Shown: piece after piece, positions 12,002-24,307 of the stretch | How the letters are laid out: each line of letters starts with the position of its first letter | Position numbering within the stretch: the first letter of the stretch is position 1 | From: Monocercomonoides exilis PA203 | Taxonomy: Eukaryota > Protista > Preaxostyla | NCBI GenBank assembly: GCA_001643675.2 | Contig: LSRY02000019.1 | Coordinates: 434,001 to 498,000 of the forward strand | Length of the DNA stretch: 64,000 nucleotides | Reading direction: 5' to 3' | The notes under the pieces: model-generated | Told to the model about the DNA's origin: nothing | Database searches by the model: none | The model's input: only the letters and a program-made list of their open reading frames with translations | Made by a program: the position numbers and the translations under genes

Positions 12002-15000
12002 TCATAACTTAGAAGATGAAGCAGAGGCTTTTATTTGGGAATAAAGATCAAGAAATGGTTTACTCTCCTTTCCAAGAGGATATTCATTCCCATTAAACGG
12101 TAGCTTTATTGAGCCAACAATTCCCTTCCCAATCGAAGCTAATGCAGACGATGAACAATGCACAGAAATAGCAGATAAAAGAGACGAATGCGTTTGCTCA
12201 ATCTGAGAAAGAATTTTCAACGGAGTTTCCTTCGGAGTAAGCCCCGACCCAATCACATTCACACGAAACGATGCCGATTGATTGCACATTGTCATCAGGA
12301 GAGACAAGGGGACTCGCGTTTGCGGATGAAGCACATGATCTGTTAATATAAAGATTAAAAATAATAAAAAAAAAATTAAATTATGAAATTAATAAATAAA
12401 AACTTAATATTTTCAATGACAATAAACGTTCAATCAAAATAAAAAATAAAATAATTCAAAAAAAGATTCCATTCTTTCATTCGAATCAAACCAGGGTCCA
12501 CAAGTTGCTTGATAGTGCGGAACAGCTCGTCTGTCATGGGATGCTCTGCTCTGAGTGCGATTGAGCACAGCAGCTCAGCACACAGCACACGTGTCTGCCA
12601 TTCGTGGAGCGTGAGCCCTTCCATCAGATGCCCCAACACCATGTCTGTCAGCAGCGGCTGGCCTTCTGTCAGAAACCAGCAGAACTCGCCAAGGAACGTG
12701 TACAGCGCTCGCTTGATCTCTTCGGATGTGGTGCGGTCGATGTTCTCAAACAGGAACTGAAGCAGCGTCGCCCGCTCAGACGGGCCGTTGAGACAGCCTT
12801 GCAAGTAGATCGCCCAGACAAGCTCGCTGCATTCAGAATGAAGAATCACATGACATCTGATAATGCCAATGAAAATAGAAAAATTTTGAATAACAAAAAA
12901 CAAAATACAACATTATAAATAAATAAATAAATGTAAAGAAATCATCACGAATGCATTATTCAAATTCAAATTCAAATACAAAAACAAACCTTTCTCTGGA
13001 GCATGTCGGAAGAAGGAACAGCGAGCGAAGGATGGCCCACGCAGTTGTGACAAAAGAAGGCGTCACAACGAGCCGGCGGAACAATGAAGTGAGGAGAGGC
13101 TCCCAATAAATTGGAGCAGGCGAGCATATTTCTGTGTCCACAAAGCGTATGAGATGATCCGGCTGCACAAAAAATAGCTCGTCTGGTGAAGACCCAGTGC
13201 TATCAGAAGGGGTAGAAGAAGAAGATGATGATGACGATGATGAAGATGAGGCAGAGGAAGTGATGTGACAATCAACCAGCCACACAAGGAGCTGTATGGC
13301 GACTGATCGGATGTGAGAGGCAGGGTGTTTGATGTGAAGCATGATGACAGGAAGGAGCTTGTGGAAGCCGCACGCTGCTGCTTCGATGCCCATCCGCTCG
13401 GCGACTGTCTGGGCGAGTATCATTGCAGTGCGGAGGAGGCCGTGCAAGACAGGAGACGGAAGAGGCAGATTGCGCAGCGCTGGGTCCATGCGAAGCACAG
13501 AGGCAGTGGACGACGAAAGAGAAGAAGAAGTGGAAGAGGAAGAATACGATGACGATGACAAAGAAGAGGAATTTGCAGAAGACTGAGCAGCCGAAGCCGA
13601 AGAAGGAGGAAGGATCACACCGCTCTGGACAGCTGACGACTCCTGCTGCGCTTCGAGGGCAGAGCGGTGTGCGCGCTGGATGACTGACACGAGGGACGCC
13701 ACGATCGACGGCATCACTTTTTTGGTCCCTGCGTCCCAGTCAACTTTGCACATTTCGCGGATCGCAGTTAAGTACGGAGAGAGCTGAATCCAGGGGAAAT
13801 CAGAGAATGTCAGCATCGACGAAGAAGAGGAGGCGGGAAGAGAGTCTGGGAATGAGTAGAGCGACGAGTCTGTCACGTGAATAACAACAGCAGGCAACGA
13901 AGTCAGCAACGAACCTCCCATCTCCCCTCCTGTGGCACCAGTACGCTTCGTTTCCTCAATTGCCTTGTCGGTTGGGGATGCTGCGCTCCCAGCACTTTTT
14001 GAGCTCCCACCGGCACCTGCTCCGGAACCAGAGCGAGTGGCAACGGCATTTGGCGTATCCACATCGTCTCTTGCCAGTCCAACAAGAATTGAAGTGAAGG
14101 AAGCGATTCGCTGCTTCCATGTTGCAGCAAGTTGCTTGCTCTCTTCCTGGGTCTCAGCAGTTTGCTCAGGAGCTTTGGTGCCAGTTGAAGAAGTGACTCC
14201 ACCTTTTGATTTACCAGTCGATGCCAAATTACTTGCAGAAGTAGAATGAAGTGAGTTAGACTCTGCCATTGATGCAGTAAGTTCGGATAACTTAGCAGAA
14301 TAAAATTTGATAATTGTGAATATTAAATAAATCAGCCGAACACGAAAAAGTGGATCTACAAGCGAAGAGACAACAGGCGGGGGAGGACAAATTCCTTTTC
14401 GTATCAATTCAAGATATGGCTCTCCAGGATTATCAAAAATATGAACATAATTAGCACAAATGTTGTGAGTAATTTGTGAAATAACTTCGGAAGTTTCCTC
14501 ACAAAAGCTGTCTCGTAATATCACAAGAACAGAGGAAGCAGGAACAGGAAATGGGCACGAAATTGCAGAAGCAACCGCCTCAATAAAATAATCAAATGGA
14601 CTTCTTCCATCAACTTTAATTTGTTGGGAAAGCCATTGGTTTGTCATCAACGTATTAAGAGCACCAATTTGTGCAACAGTTCGATCAAGAAACACAGCAT
14701 GCTCGACAGTTGCTTTGTTTTGAAATATTCCAACTTTTTGTGCGTATCTAGTATTAGTAGAAGGATTTAACATGGGCTTTAGCAAAGCAAATAACTGAAC
14801 AAGGCTTTGTTCATCAAAAGGATCCTTTGCATAAATTCCCATCGTTTTAAGTGCAAAACAAGTTCTAATAGGAGTTGCCTCTTGTAAGCCAATGTAAGAA
14901 ATCATTTTTCTGAACACTTCAACACGGTGTTGAGGCGAAGCTCCCTTATGAAATAAATCTAAAATGTAATGGACATAAGTTACAATCTTTCGATGCTGCT

Positions 15001-15190
15001 TTGGTAACAATAACTTTAAAATTAAAATAGGAAAAATGGAATATGGACCCTGCTTCAAATATGACAGTTGTTTCAAAGATTGAATTATTGCTCCATCTTT
15101 TCCTTCCGCAATGTTTTTTTCCAGTTCAGTTACCAAGAACGGTAATTCTATCCCAGTAACTTTTGTGGATACGAAAGGTTCAGTTGTCAT
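12002..15190 (-). CDS. TSET/TPLATE complex large subunit (TASH3/TSAUCER/tstA-like), ~967 aa, 3 exons
   Basis: Exons 15190-12990, 12856-12492 and 12339-12002 (GT-AG, in phase). Colinear motifs LLTSLFRRLVVTPSF, ELVWAIYLQG..GPSERATLLQFL, RALYTFLGEF and EWQTRVLCAELLCSIALRAEHP resemble the TASH3 trunk as recalled (LLTLHARFKATPDM, QLLWKTCLVGAGP, AAVWFLGEN, SWEVRIIAAQALTTMAIRSGEP). Confidence 0.7.
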
Positions 15191-15570
15191 TTGTAAATTT
15201 ATTAATAATGTCTAGAAACAACAAAAAATCAAATACTTCTGTGATCAATAACCATTTTCTTTTGTTGAATGAGAAATTTCTTTAAGCGCGATAATCTCGC
15301 GTAACAAATATCCAATTAAAGCATTAGCAATCGATGAAATAAACATTTGAATAAATTAGAAGATACAAACGAAAGATATAAAAGAAAACTATTTCGAAGT
15401 TCGTAAAACACGCAAAAGCTCCATTCAAAAGAAATTGAGAACAATGAAAAATCAATTATTACCTATCAAAATGTATATTTTACATTCAACTTGCATTGAA
15501 TGACTTTTAATAAAGGGTTTTGATTTTTTTCATATTCTAAAAATGAAATTAATTCTTTAACATTAATAAT

Positions 15571-18199
15571 AGACCTATTTTAGTTAGAATCAATAAATTC
15601 AAATATGTTAACTCAATTTCAATTACCTTCAACTTATCCAAATTTGCTTAATCTAATTCGAATTCCCTTAAACTTTTTTTTGGTTAAAAGGGCAATTTTA
15701 TGATCAACACAAAATGATCGCAAGTTTTTGTTTTTGTGCATTTTTCACTCACTTTGAATGAAAACTGAACAAAAGATTATGGCTCATCATTAAAAAGAAA
15801 TGTGTGTGATCAATTTTTAAAAATTTTTGTGTTTTATTTGTCAATTTTTCTTAAATGTGACTTTTTTTATTATTGATGTATTCTCTTTCACATACACAAG
15901 CTTTGCATATTGTTATATGTTTTGGATGTTCCATTTTAGCTTTTAACGAGATTCAAATTGTATTATCTTAAATTTTTTTATATTTTGCAATATTTTCATT
16001 TCAACTTCAATTTTTATTGGCTATGAAATAACAAAGAATGAAAATGAAGTTTTAGTATAAAAAATTTTTTCTGAAAAATAAAACAAAAGAAAAAATCTTA
16101 TAATTCTAAAAATTCTTTTTCCTTTTTTAAAAAAAAAAAAAAATGAGAGAGAAATTTGGTGAATGTTTATTTAAATAAATGATAAAGATGATAATAGCCT
16201 TCATGTGGATATTTGAATACAGTGATTGTTATTTTGTTTGACTATGATTTTCATTGGATGAGAAAGAAGAAGATCGTGCTCGAGATAAGTTTGAATCTGA
16301 AGATGCAGAAGAAGCTGATTGTTGAGAAAATAAATGATGAGTTGAAATCAATTGCAAAGACGAAATTGGAGTATTTAACTGTGGTTGAGGAGAAATTGCC
16401 GTTTCATTCAGTGAAGCCTGAGAAGAATATTGTGTATTTATTAGGGGCAAAGGGGAATTCAATAAAAACTGATTAGATGAAGTCGACTTCCGCAAACGAG
16501 TTGATTCCCATTGATCTGGAAGAAACCAAGAAAAAGGGCAACTTCTTGGATCATCATCGTTTATTCTTTCTATTTCTTTCAAATTATCTTCATTTCTTTC
16601 AGAATTATTGAAATTGACAGTTTTTCTTTTTTCTTTTTCTTTTTCTTTTTCTTTTTCTTTTTCTTTTTCTTCAGAAGTTGAATCATCATCTATTTCTATT
16701 TCTTCTCTTTCTTCTAATTCCAATAATGAATGTTTTTGTTTTTTCTCTTGATCTGGATGCTTGGAAAATCGTTTGCAGTATGGGTCATCTGATTCTGTTG
16801 ATTCTTCTAAAAATGATAAATAATGGAAATATGAAAGTGAAAAAATGTTCTTTTCATGCTCAAAAGAACAATATGGGTGTAAAAACAAAAACAAACCAAT
16901 TCTTTGGATTGACTTTGAATATTCAAAAGTTGAATTCTCATTTGCAAGATTAAGTTTTTTTCTTTGTCTTTCTATATACTGCTCGTTCGCTTTCTTTTTC
17001 GCTTCCTTTTTTTGATAAAATTGAGTGTGAAGTTCGTTAATAATCAACTCGTTTGCATCGCAATCTGATTTCGTTAAAGGATTGTGTAAAATGTGAAAAT
17101 TGGTTAAACAAACTGAAACAATAAAAAAATCTTCAACTGTTTTAATATCCATAGGCCAATTTCTTCTGAACACAGTAAATAAAGTCTTTAATCGTCCAAA
17201 AAACCTTTCCACAATAACCCTGTGCTTCGATAGATATGGTGTTCCTTGGGGTTTTGTAATAATAGCTCCCAATTCTGCTTTTGCTCCCATATAGGCCGAG
17301 TCTGCCATGATTTTGGAACCTTTGAGATGTTGAGAGAAGGTTGGATAGTGATTTTTGAATATTTCATAGTCATGAACGCTTCCTGGGTAAAAATCACTGA
17401 TTGTGCTGGCTAATCCGTTCTTTGGGTTGACCCCAATTTCAACTTTAACACAGTAAGAATGATGTTTTCCACTAAAAAATTTCATTCCATCTGCCAATTT
17501 TCCACTTGGCCTGTTAATAGGCACAATTGTGCAATCCATAATTAGACCAACCTCTTGCAACTCTTTGATTCTATCTTTACGAAAAATCAAAAGTAAATTA
17601 ACAAGTGTATCTTTTATGTTTCCAACGATGCTGTGTAATAACTGCGTAACTGAGCTATGTGATTTGTAAAATGGATAAGTCAAAAGTTCTGTCATTGATG
17701 TTGAGCCCAAATGAAGGAAATTGAGTAAAATAAAAAGTTGTTCGTCAATATTTTGAATTGCCTTTTGCTTTCCACGATGTTGAGGTAACTCGTAATCAAG
17801 AAGAAGAAGCAACATATCAAATTCTGTTCTTGTGAAACCTGTCAAGCGGAAAAATCCGTGAATGGGATCTTCGCTTTTTTTACAAGCTTTTTCTATTAAG
17901 GAATTTTTTTTCTCTTCCGGAGTTATTGGCGTGTGCGTTGGAAGCGTTATTCTTTTTTCTGCACGCTCAAGAACCTCCAAAAAATTCAATCGTTCCATGC
18001 CAAATATTTATTTGCAAAATTTCAATTGATCTTACACCATTTTTTGTTCAATCAAATTTATGATCGACAAACCAGCATTTGAAGTTTTGAAATTGATTGA
18101 GTCATTTTGAAAAAGAATTTGTTTTATCGCATTTTTATCAAACTTATTTCAATTTTGTTCCACTTTTTCTAATTGAAAAAATATATTTAAAATAGGTCT
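15571..18199 (-). mobile_element. Full-length PIF/Harbinger-ISL2EU (PHIS) superfamily DNA transposon
   Basis: Perfect 12-bp TIR AGACCTATTTTA (15571-15582 / 18188-18199), 3-bp AAT TSD (15568-15570, 18200-18202), and an internal DDE transposase ORF. Confidence 0.85.
16229..17998 (-). CDS. DDE_Tnp_4 (Harbinger/IS5-like) transposase
   Basis: HTH-like LTGFTRTEFDMLL..EQLFILLNFLHLG; catalytic motifs IMDCT, FSGKHHSYCVK, PGSVHD, MADSAYMG and RVIVERFFGRLK. Probable in-frame 90-nt intron 16807-16896. Confidence 0.92.
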   Translation of the reverse strand: MERLNFLEVLERAEKRITLPTHTPITPEEKKNSLIEKACKKSEDPIHGFFRLTGFTRTEFDMLLLLLDYELPQHRGKQKAIQNIDEQLFILLNFLHLGSTSMTELLTYPFYKSHSSVTQLLHSIVGNIKDTLVNLLLIFRKDRIKELQEVGLIMDCTIVPINRPSGKLADGMKFFSGKHHSYCVKVEIGVNPKNGLASTISDFYPGSVHDYEIFKNHYPTFSQHLKGSKIMADSAYMGAKAELGAIITKPQGTPYLSKHRVIVERFFGRLKTLFTVFRRNWPMDIKTVEDFFIVSVCLTNFHILHNPLTKSDCDANELIINELHTQFYQKKEAKKKANEQYIERQRKKLNLANENSTFEYSKSIQRIGLFLFLHPYCSFEHEKNIFSLSYFHYLSFLEESTESDDPYCKRFSKHPDQEKKQKHSLLELEEREEIEIDDDSTSEEKEKEKEKEKEKEKRKTVNFNNSERNEDNLKEIERINDDDPRSCPFSWFLPDQWESTRLRKSTSSNQFLLNSPLPLINTQYSSQASLNETAISPQPQLNTPISSLQLISTHHLFSQQSASSASSDSNLSRARSSSFSSNENHSQTK

Positions 18200-18386
18200 A
18201 ATAAAGAATAATCACTTTTACATGAATTTTCAAATCAAAGAAAAAGCGGATAAAAAAATCCAAATGAATGAAATGAAAAAATGAGCAAAGCACATAAAAA
18301 ATTTGAATTTAATTTTTTTGTATTTAATACAAAGCAATCGTTGGTACCATCTGAAATATAAAAACAAATGTAATGAACGCGAAGTG

Positions 18387-21300
18387 TTATTGTGTTGTGG
18401 GAGCATTACCTTCAGGAGGAGGGAGAGGAGCAGGTTCAGAAGAGACAGGAGTTGCAGCAGGCAAAGAGGAAGGCAACGCAGCAGGAAGAGAAGGAGCATC
18501 GCTTGTCTGAGGCGGCTCATCCAGTTTCATCCTCATTCTCTTCTGCCTCTCCTCTTCGTCTGTCTCCAGCTCCATCTCCCTCATCTTCTCCTTTTGCACC
18601 TCGTTCATCCGCTCTTCCTTCAGCTTCTTTTCAGCCTCTGCTGTCGCACCCCCTCTGCTCAAATCCACATTCCGCGAGCCGCTTTCCAGCTCGCCTTCGT
18701 CCGGATCTCCCCTCTGCGTGTCAATCATCCGCTGTGTGATACGCTCTCTGTCCTCTCCCTTCGCATGTGTCGCGTGGAACAGCTGCTGCTGCCGCATCCC
18801 TTGCACCGACGTCGGCGCCTCTGGATCGATCGTCAGCGACATCCCCGTGTCGCTGTCATACACAGCCACCCTCGACGACGGGTTGAACAGGCTCGAGCCT
18901 TGTGACACAGGCATATTGTCAGAGGAAATGCTGAGCCCTGCCAATGACAAACCCGATTGGGGCAGTTGAATGTCAGTCGAAATGGCTACTTTCCCGCTTT
19001 TCGGCGAGCGGCGGGACGAGGAACCCTGGTGCTTGCTGTCGTCCTCTTCGTCATTGTCCATTCTGGATGCTTCCTTCGGATCATTCCTCCTCCTCCTCTC
19101 TCTTTTCTTCTTGCTCTCTCTCGCATCCTCATCGTCCTCGTCATCATCCTCGTCATCGTCGTGGGTCGCAGCCAGAAACTGCTCCGCCCGCATCCCGCTC
19201 CTCTCCGCATCGAGCTCAATCTGCCTCCTCCTCCGTCTCGCTGCCTTCTCAGCCGCAATCCGCTGCTCCAAGTGCAGCTGAGCTTTTCTTGCCCACTCCA
19301 TCCCGTCAAAGCCAGACACATCCACTCTCCGTGCAAGCTCTCTCATCTGGTCGGTGATCAAGCGTGTCGTTGTGAAACCGTACGGCTGCATTGCCCACGG
19401 CAGCGGCTGGCACACAAACGAAAGCGGATCCCGAAATATCGCATCGTTCCACTTGTAGCCAAACCCTACATCGTTTGGATCCTTCGCATTTGATGAAGAA
19501 GAGGATGTGGATGAAGCAGAAGTTGACGATGATTCAGAAGAAGAAGATCGCTTTTTAGAAAGCTCTGCCTCTTCCTCCGGCAACAGTGCAGATGCGCTAA
19601 GTGACAGTTTGCTTCTCTCTCGTGTGATTCCGTGCTTTGCCGCGTCGTACTGTTCAGCAGCTGAGCCAGTTGGTGGGCCCATCCCCAGCATCTCAGTCGT
19701 GTGCCGCTGCTGCGCATACGTCATCCTATCTTCGTCCTCGTCGTTCAGCGCAGAGTCGAGATCAGGGTCAAACGCCGGGCGGGGTATAGCAGATGCAGAC
19801 ATCACAACAGATGGCGCACCTTCGATGCGGGAGAGCACATCCAAAATACGGACGGAGTGCGCCCGAAGCGACTCGATGCTGTTCATGTTCTCCATCGTCG
19901 AGGGCACAATGTGCAGCCTGTATGAAGGGCCGTAGTACTGGAAGAACTCGTTGAAGGGGAGCACATCGTCCAGCTGCGTGCCCAGCGCGATGGCTGTTTC
20001 GTGTGTCCAGCAGCGTGCGACGTTGCGGATGGTGTACCCGCCACCTCCCAGAAGCAACAGGGGCAGTCCAAACGACTTCACAAACTCGACACATTCTCCA
20101 TGTCCGCGCAGCGTCAGGTTGAAGCACCCGAGCCGATCCTGCGTGAGAGAGTCTGCCCCGCACTGCAGGACAACAGCAGTGGGGCGGTAGACATCCATTG
20201 CCTTTGCAATGATCTGAATGAGGAATGAAACGGAAGGAATGAAAGTGTTAAATTATTGATGTTTTGTCGAAAGTGAAAGATTCATTTTAAAAAGAAATGT
20301 CATGTTTGAAACTAAATAAAGAACTTAACAACAAAAACATTCAAACTGGTTGGAATATGAATTGAAAAGTATGGTCATCAATTCCATCTTTTAGGGGAAA
20401 ATTAACAGCATAATATTTTCCTCTTCCTGCTCCGATATCCTGAATATAATTCATGCAAAATGCGAATTTTCAAAAAAAAATTCAAAAACATATAAAAAAT
20501 AATAAATTTGAAGATTGAAAAAAACAATTAGTGATTTTGTAAGATAAATCAAATAAATTAATGTGAACTTTTTGTTCTTTTTATAAAACTAAAATTTGCA
20601 AACTTTTATCGACCCAGTGCCAGGAAAGAATTCACCATATTTATGAAATGAAATAGTCATGACTCGATCAGTCGTGTAAAATGCTTCTTCGACACCATCA
20701 CCATGATGCACATCAATATCAATGTACATTACTCGCGGATGAACTCTTTACAAAGAAATTTCATAAAAAACTTTAAAAAAAAGTAAAAATCAAAGGAAAT
20801 ATCAAACTTTAAAAGTTCAAGTATTGCCAAAACGATGTCATTTACATAGCAAAAACCAGAGGCTTCTGATTTTTTTGCATGATGAAGCCCTCCAGACCAG
20901 TTGATTGCGACATCACACTTTCCTTGATTCAATCGCACTGCCCCTCCTGAATAAAAAAGTTATTTTAAACAAAATGTTTCAACTTTTTGTTCAACAAACC
21001 AACTGATCCACCAGCAGAAATTTGACAATAGCGGAAGAGACCATCAAAAATTGTACAATCATCACCGAAGTTAACTTCAAATCATGCCAAAGAACAAAAT
21101 GTTTCCAAATGACATTAAAAAGTGCGATAAAAATGCTTCATACATCTATTTGCATGGGCTTTGTAAAGAGAAGCATTTTCAGGAGAGATGGCATGAAGAA
21201 AATTTATATATTCCTCTGAGTGATAAGCCTTCATTTCTTCTGGCATTAGCAATCTTGGTCGCTGAAACAATCAACAATGTTTTGAAAACAGAAGTAAAAA

Positions 21301-21488
21301 TCAATATCAAAAAAATTGAATTGTTTAATAATAATTCATACAAAAATTTCCATGTCTGAATACAGTCCATAGTTCAAAAGAAGGTTATGTGTCATTCTTA
21401 CACGATGGGGCTTCATGGGATGACCAGGTGCGTAAGAAAAGTTTCCTATGTCATTGTCATAAAAATAACTTACGCGCGTTTTGCTCAT
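18387..21488 (-). CDS. HDAC1: Class I histone deacetylase (RPD3/HDAC1-2-like) with long C-terminal extension, 7 exons
   Basis: Exons 21488-21342, 21261-21144, 21074-21000, 20946-20808, 20745-20604, 20439-20347 and 20213-18387. Motifs [63 protein letters not shown] and [14 protein letters not shown]. Alternative in-frame ATG at 21503. Confidence 0.95.
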
Positions 21489-21503
21489 TTCTATTGATCT
21501 CAT

Positions 21504-21548
21504 GCCTTTATTAACTAAATTGATCCATTAATTTTTGTTTGTGCGAGG
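21504..21548. promoter_or_regulatory. Very short bidirectional intergenic/promoter region between HDAC and importin alpha
   Basis: Divergent start codons at 21488/21503 (-) and 21549 (+). Confidence 0.6.
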
Positions 21549-23999
21549 ATGGCAGCAAATGAATCATCGCCATTTTTTAATCTATCAACTTCTGAACGTG
21601 AAAAGGAAAGATTTCTAAAGCTGAATAAAGATGAAGAAGTTTCTTCATTAAGAAACTTAAAGAACAAAAGTTCAACAAAACTACGCCAAGGAAAACGAAA
21701 TACCTTTATTTTTAAGAAAAGAAGGGAAACAACCACAAAAGGCACCATGGAATTTACCGAAGCTGTTTGACATTCTTTTGCTGATTTAGTGAAATTCTTT
21801 TTTTTTTGAACAGGTTTCATTGCTTTCATCTTCCATCACTGGACTACAAACTCAAGACAATACCCAGCTCATCGCAATCCTGACAAATATTCGAAACGTT
21901 GTTTCAAATCGTTTGCTTTTTATGGTTGAATTATTTTGTGAAAAAGTTTTGAAAAAGAATTTGGAAATCAGCAAGATAAATTTGAACAATTTTTTTTGGG
22001 GTGCGGTATTGTTGATCAATTGCTAGGATTTTTGAAACGTACAGATTTACCAGACATTCAAGAACAATCCATATGGATCTTTTCTGTTGTAGGTTTATTA
22101 ATACTTTTTTTTTGACTCTCTAAATGCATTATAATTGTTTTTTTTCATAGGATATTCTTTTAAAACGCGATCTCTCGAACAGTGCTCTTATTATGGACTG
22201 TTTGAGCATGTACCTCTCCTTCTTCAATCACCTTCATCAAACATTAGAAGAACAGTATGAATCCAAAGAACTTCACAGATCATTCACTTTGATTTCTATT
22301 TCTTTTATCACTTAATCTTATAACATTGACTATATAAATTCACAAACTCGACATTTATGAAGGCAGCGTTAACTGTTGGAAATTTTGCATTTAGCAGTGA
22401 TTCAATACGTGATCAGTGCATAATGTGCGGAATCCTACCAATGCTCATATTTTTACTAACATCTCCAGCATCAACAACCGAAGAAGTTGCTGATGTCACA
22501 TATGCAGTTGGCATTTTGGGGAAATCGACATATCGCGTGGAAGCAGAAAAGTATTTTTCTTTAATGGAATCGAAGGATGATGCTGAATCAAGCAATAAAA
22601 TAGCACTTTCAGATGATGTAGAAATACCAACAGCTCAAAGTGATGGATCATCTATGTTGTTTTCAGGACCTTCAGGCAGTTCGATAAGCCAAGCAACTAC
22701 CGCAGCACCGTCTGGAATGTCTTATATTTCTTCTTCGTCATCTTCTTCCACCAGCTCTCCGATTGGGCAGCCTTCCATTTTTATTATTGCGGAGCAGCAG
22801 TTGCTGGCAGCTGTTCCCACGCTCTGTGCGTTATACCTGAGCGGAGATTCCGAAATTTCGAAAAATGCTTTTCATGCACTGGCTTATATTTCTGAAGACA
22901 ACAAGCGAGCTGTTGAGGCCATGCACTCAGCTGGCGTGTATGACAGGGTTTTAAGGATTGTTAGTACTTCTTCTCTGCTAACGTCTTCTGGTACAGAAGC
23001 TTCGCTTGCTTCAGGAATTCCTGCGTCTGAAGTCATGAGTTTTGTGGTTATCATTGCAAATTCCTCGTTGGCCAATACAAATGTCGCTCTTGATGTGTCC
23101 AATGGTGGAGGCTGCGCTTTTTTGATTTCTTGTCTATCAAACAGCGTCAATGAAATTAGATTGAAGGCTGCTTGGGCACTTGGAAACTTGGCTTCCGAAG
23201 GAAAAGATGTTGTATGCTCAAAAAAAGTTTCAAAAGCATTTTGATAGTTTCATTTTTCATTTTTATTCCTTTTGTCTAATTTTAATTTTAATTTAAAAAT
23301 TTATATGCGTGCATGCGTTTGTTTGTGTTTTAATAATATTTTTTATGTCAGTGCATGCGTCTTGTGAAAATGGAAGTTCTTCCTGTGGTGATGCGGCTGA
23401 TGCCACTCGGCCCTCCTCGCGTGAGCTACGAGATGGGGATTCTGCTGCAAAACATGTTTGGGCTGTCAGATGCGATTGTTGACGAGGCCATCATGGAGCG
23501 CATCCCGCTTGCCCTTGCCGCGCTCCTCGTCACCACCGACCCCAGCCTCCTTTCGCTAGTCCTGTCTCTCCTTGTTGTCACAGCCCGCCGCGCCGAGCTG
23601 CTGCGCCGCCGCGAGAAGCTGCAGTACCACCGCGAGAAAGAGGCCGCATCCCAAGCTGCACAGCCACCTGGCGCTGTTGTCTGCATCCGCCCGCCTTCCA
23701 ACGCCGTGGCTGACGATCTCGCCGAGGGCGATGCTGTCCCGCAGCTCCAGGCCATCGCCCAGTCGCCCAACGCAGAAAACAGAACAGCTGCCGAGTTCCT
23801 CCTTCTCCTTGTGGAGCGCGAGGAGAAGCGGGGCACAGGAGAGATGGACGAAGACACAGACTCCTCTCCCGAAGACACAGAGCAATACAATGACAATGAC
23901 AACGATATTGACAACGATGATGATGACGATGCTGATGCTGATGTTGATGATGGAGCCATTGCAAACAGCAACGAAAGCGGTGCCATGGACGTGGCATAG
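21549..23999 (+). CDS. Divergent importin alpha (karyopherin alpha)-like protein, about 6 exons
   Basis: IBB-like N-terminus (ERFLKLNKD..STKLRQGKRNTFIFKKRR); ARM repeats GIVDQLLGFLKRTDLPDIQEQSIW, AALTVGNFAFSSDSIRDQCIMCGILPML and EIRLKAAWALGNLAS; GT-AG introns starting at 21765, ~21911, ~22093, ~22255 and 23212; acidic tail. Confidence 0.85.
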
Positions 24000-24307
24000 T
24001 GAATTGTGGGGTCTTTTCTTGTTTCAATCTTTCGATTTCGCTTTCCGTTTCCCTCTTCACTTCGCTTCACTTCTCTTCATTTCACTCATTTCGTTTCATT
24101 TCGATGAGCGTTTGTCGTCATCATCGTTTTTTTTCCTTTTTTCCTCAACGAAGAAGACACTTCAGCGAAGCACAGCAAACCCAACAGCTCATCCTGCTCC
24201 TTGTCAAAAACTCAAAAGTTAAAGCAACAGCCAAAACACTCCAACGCCCAAGAAACAGCGAATCCAAAACACCAGCAGCTGTTTCTGCTGTCTGTGCGCA
24301 TGCCCGA

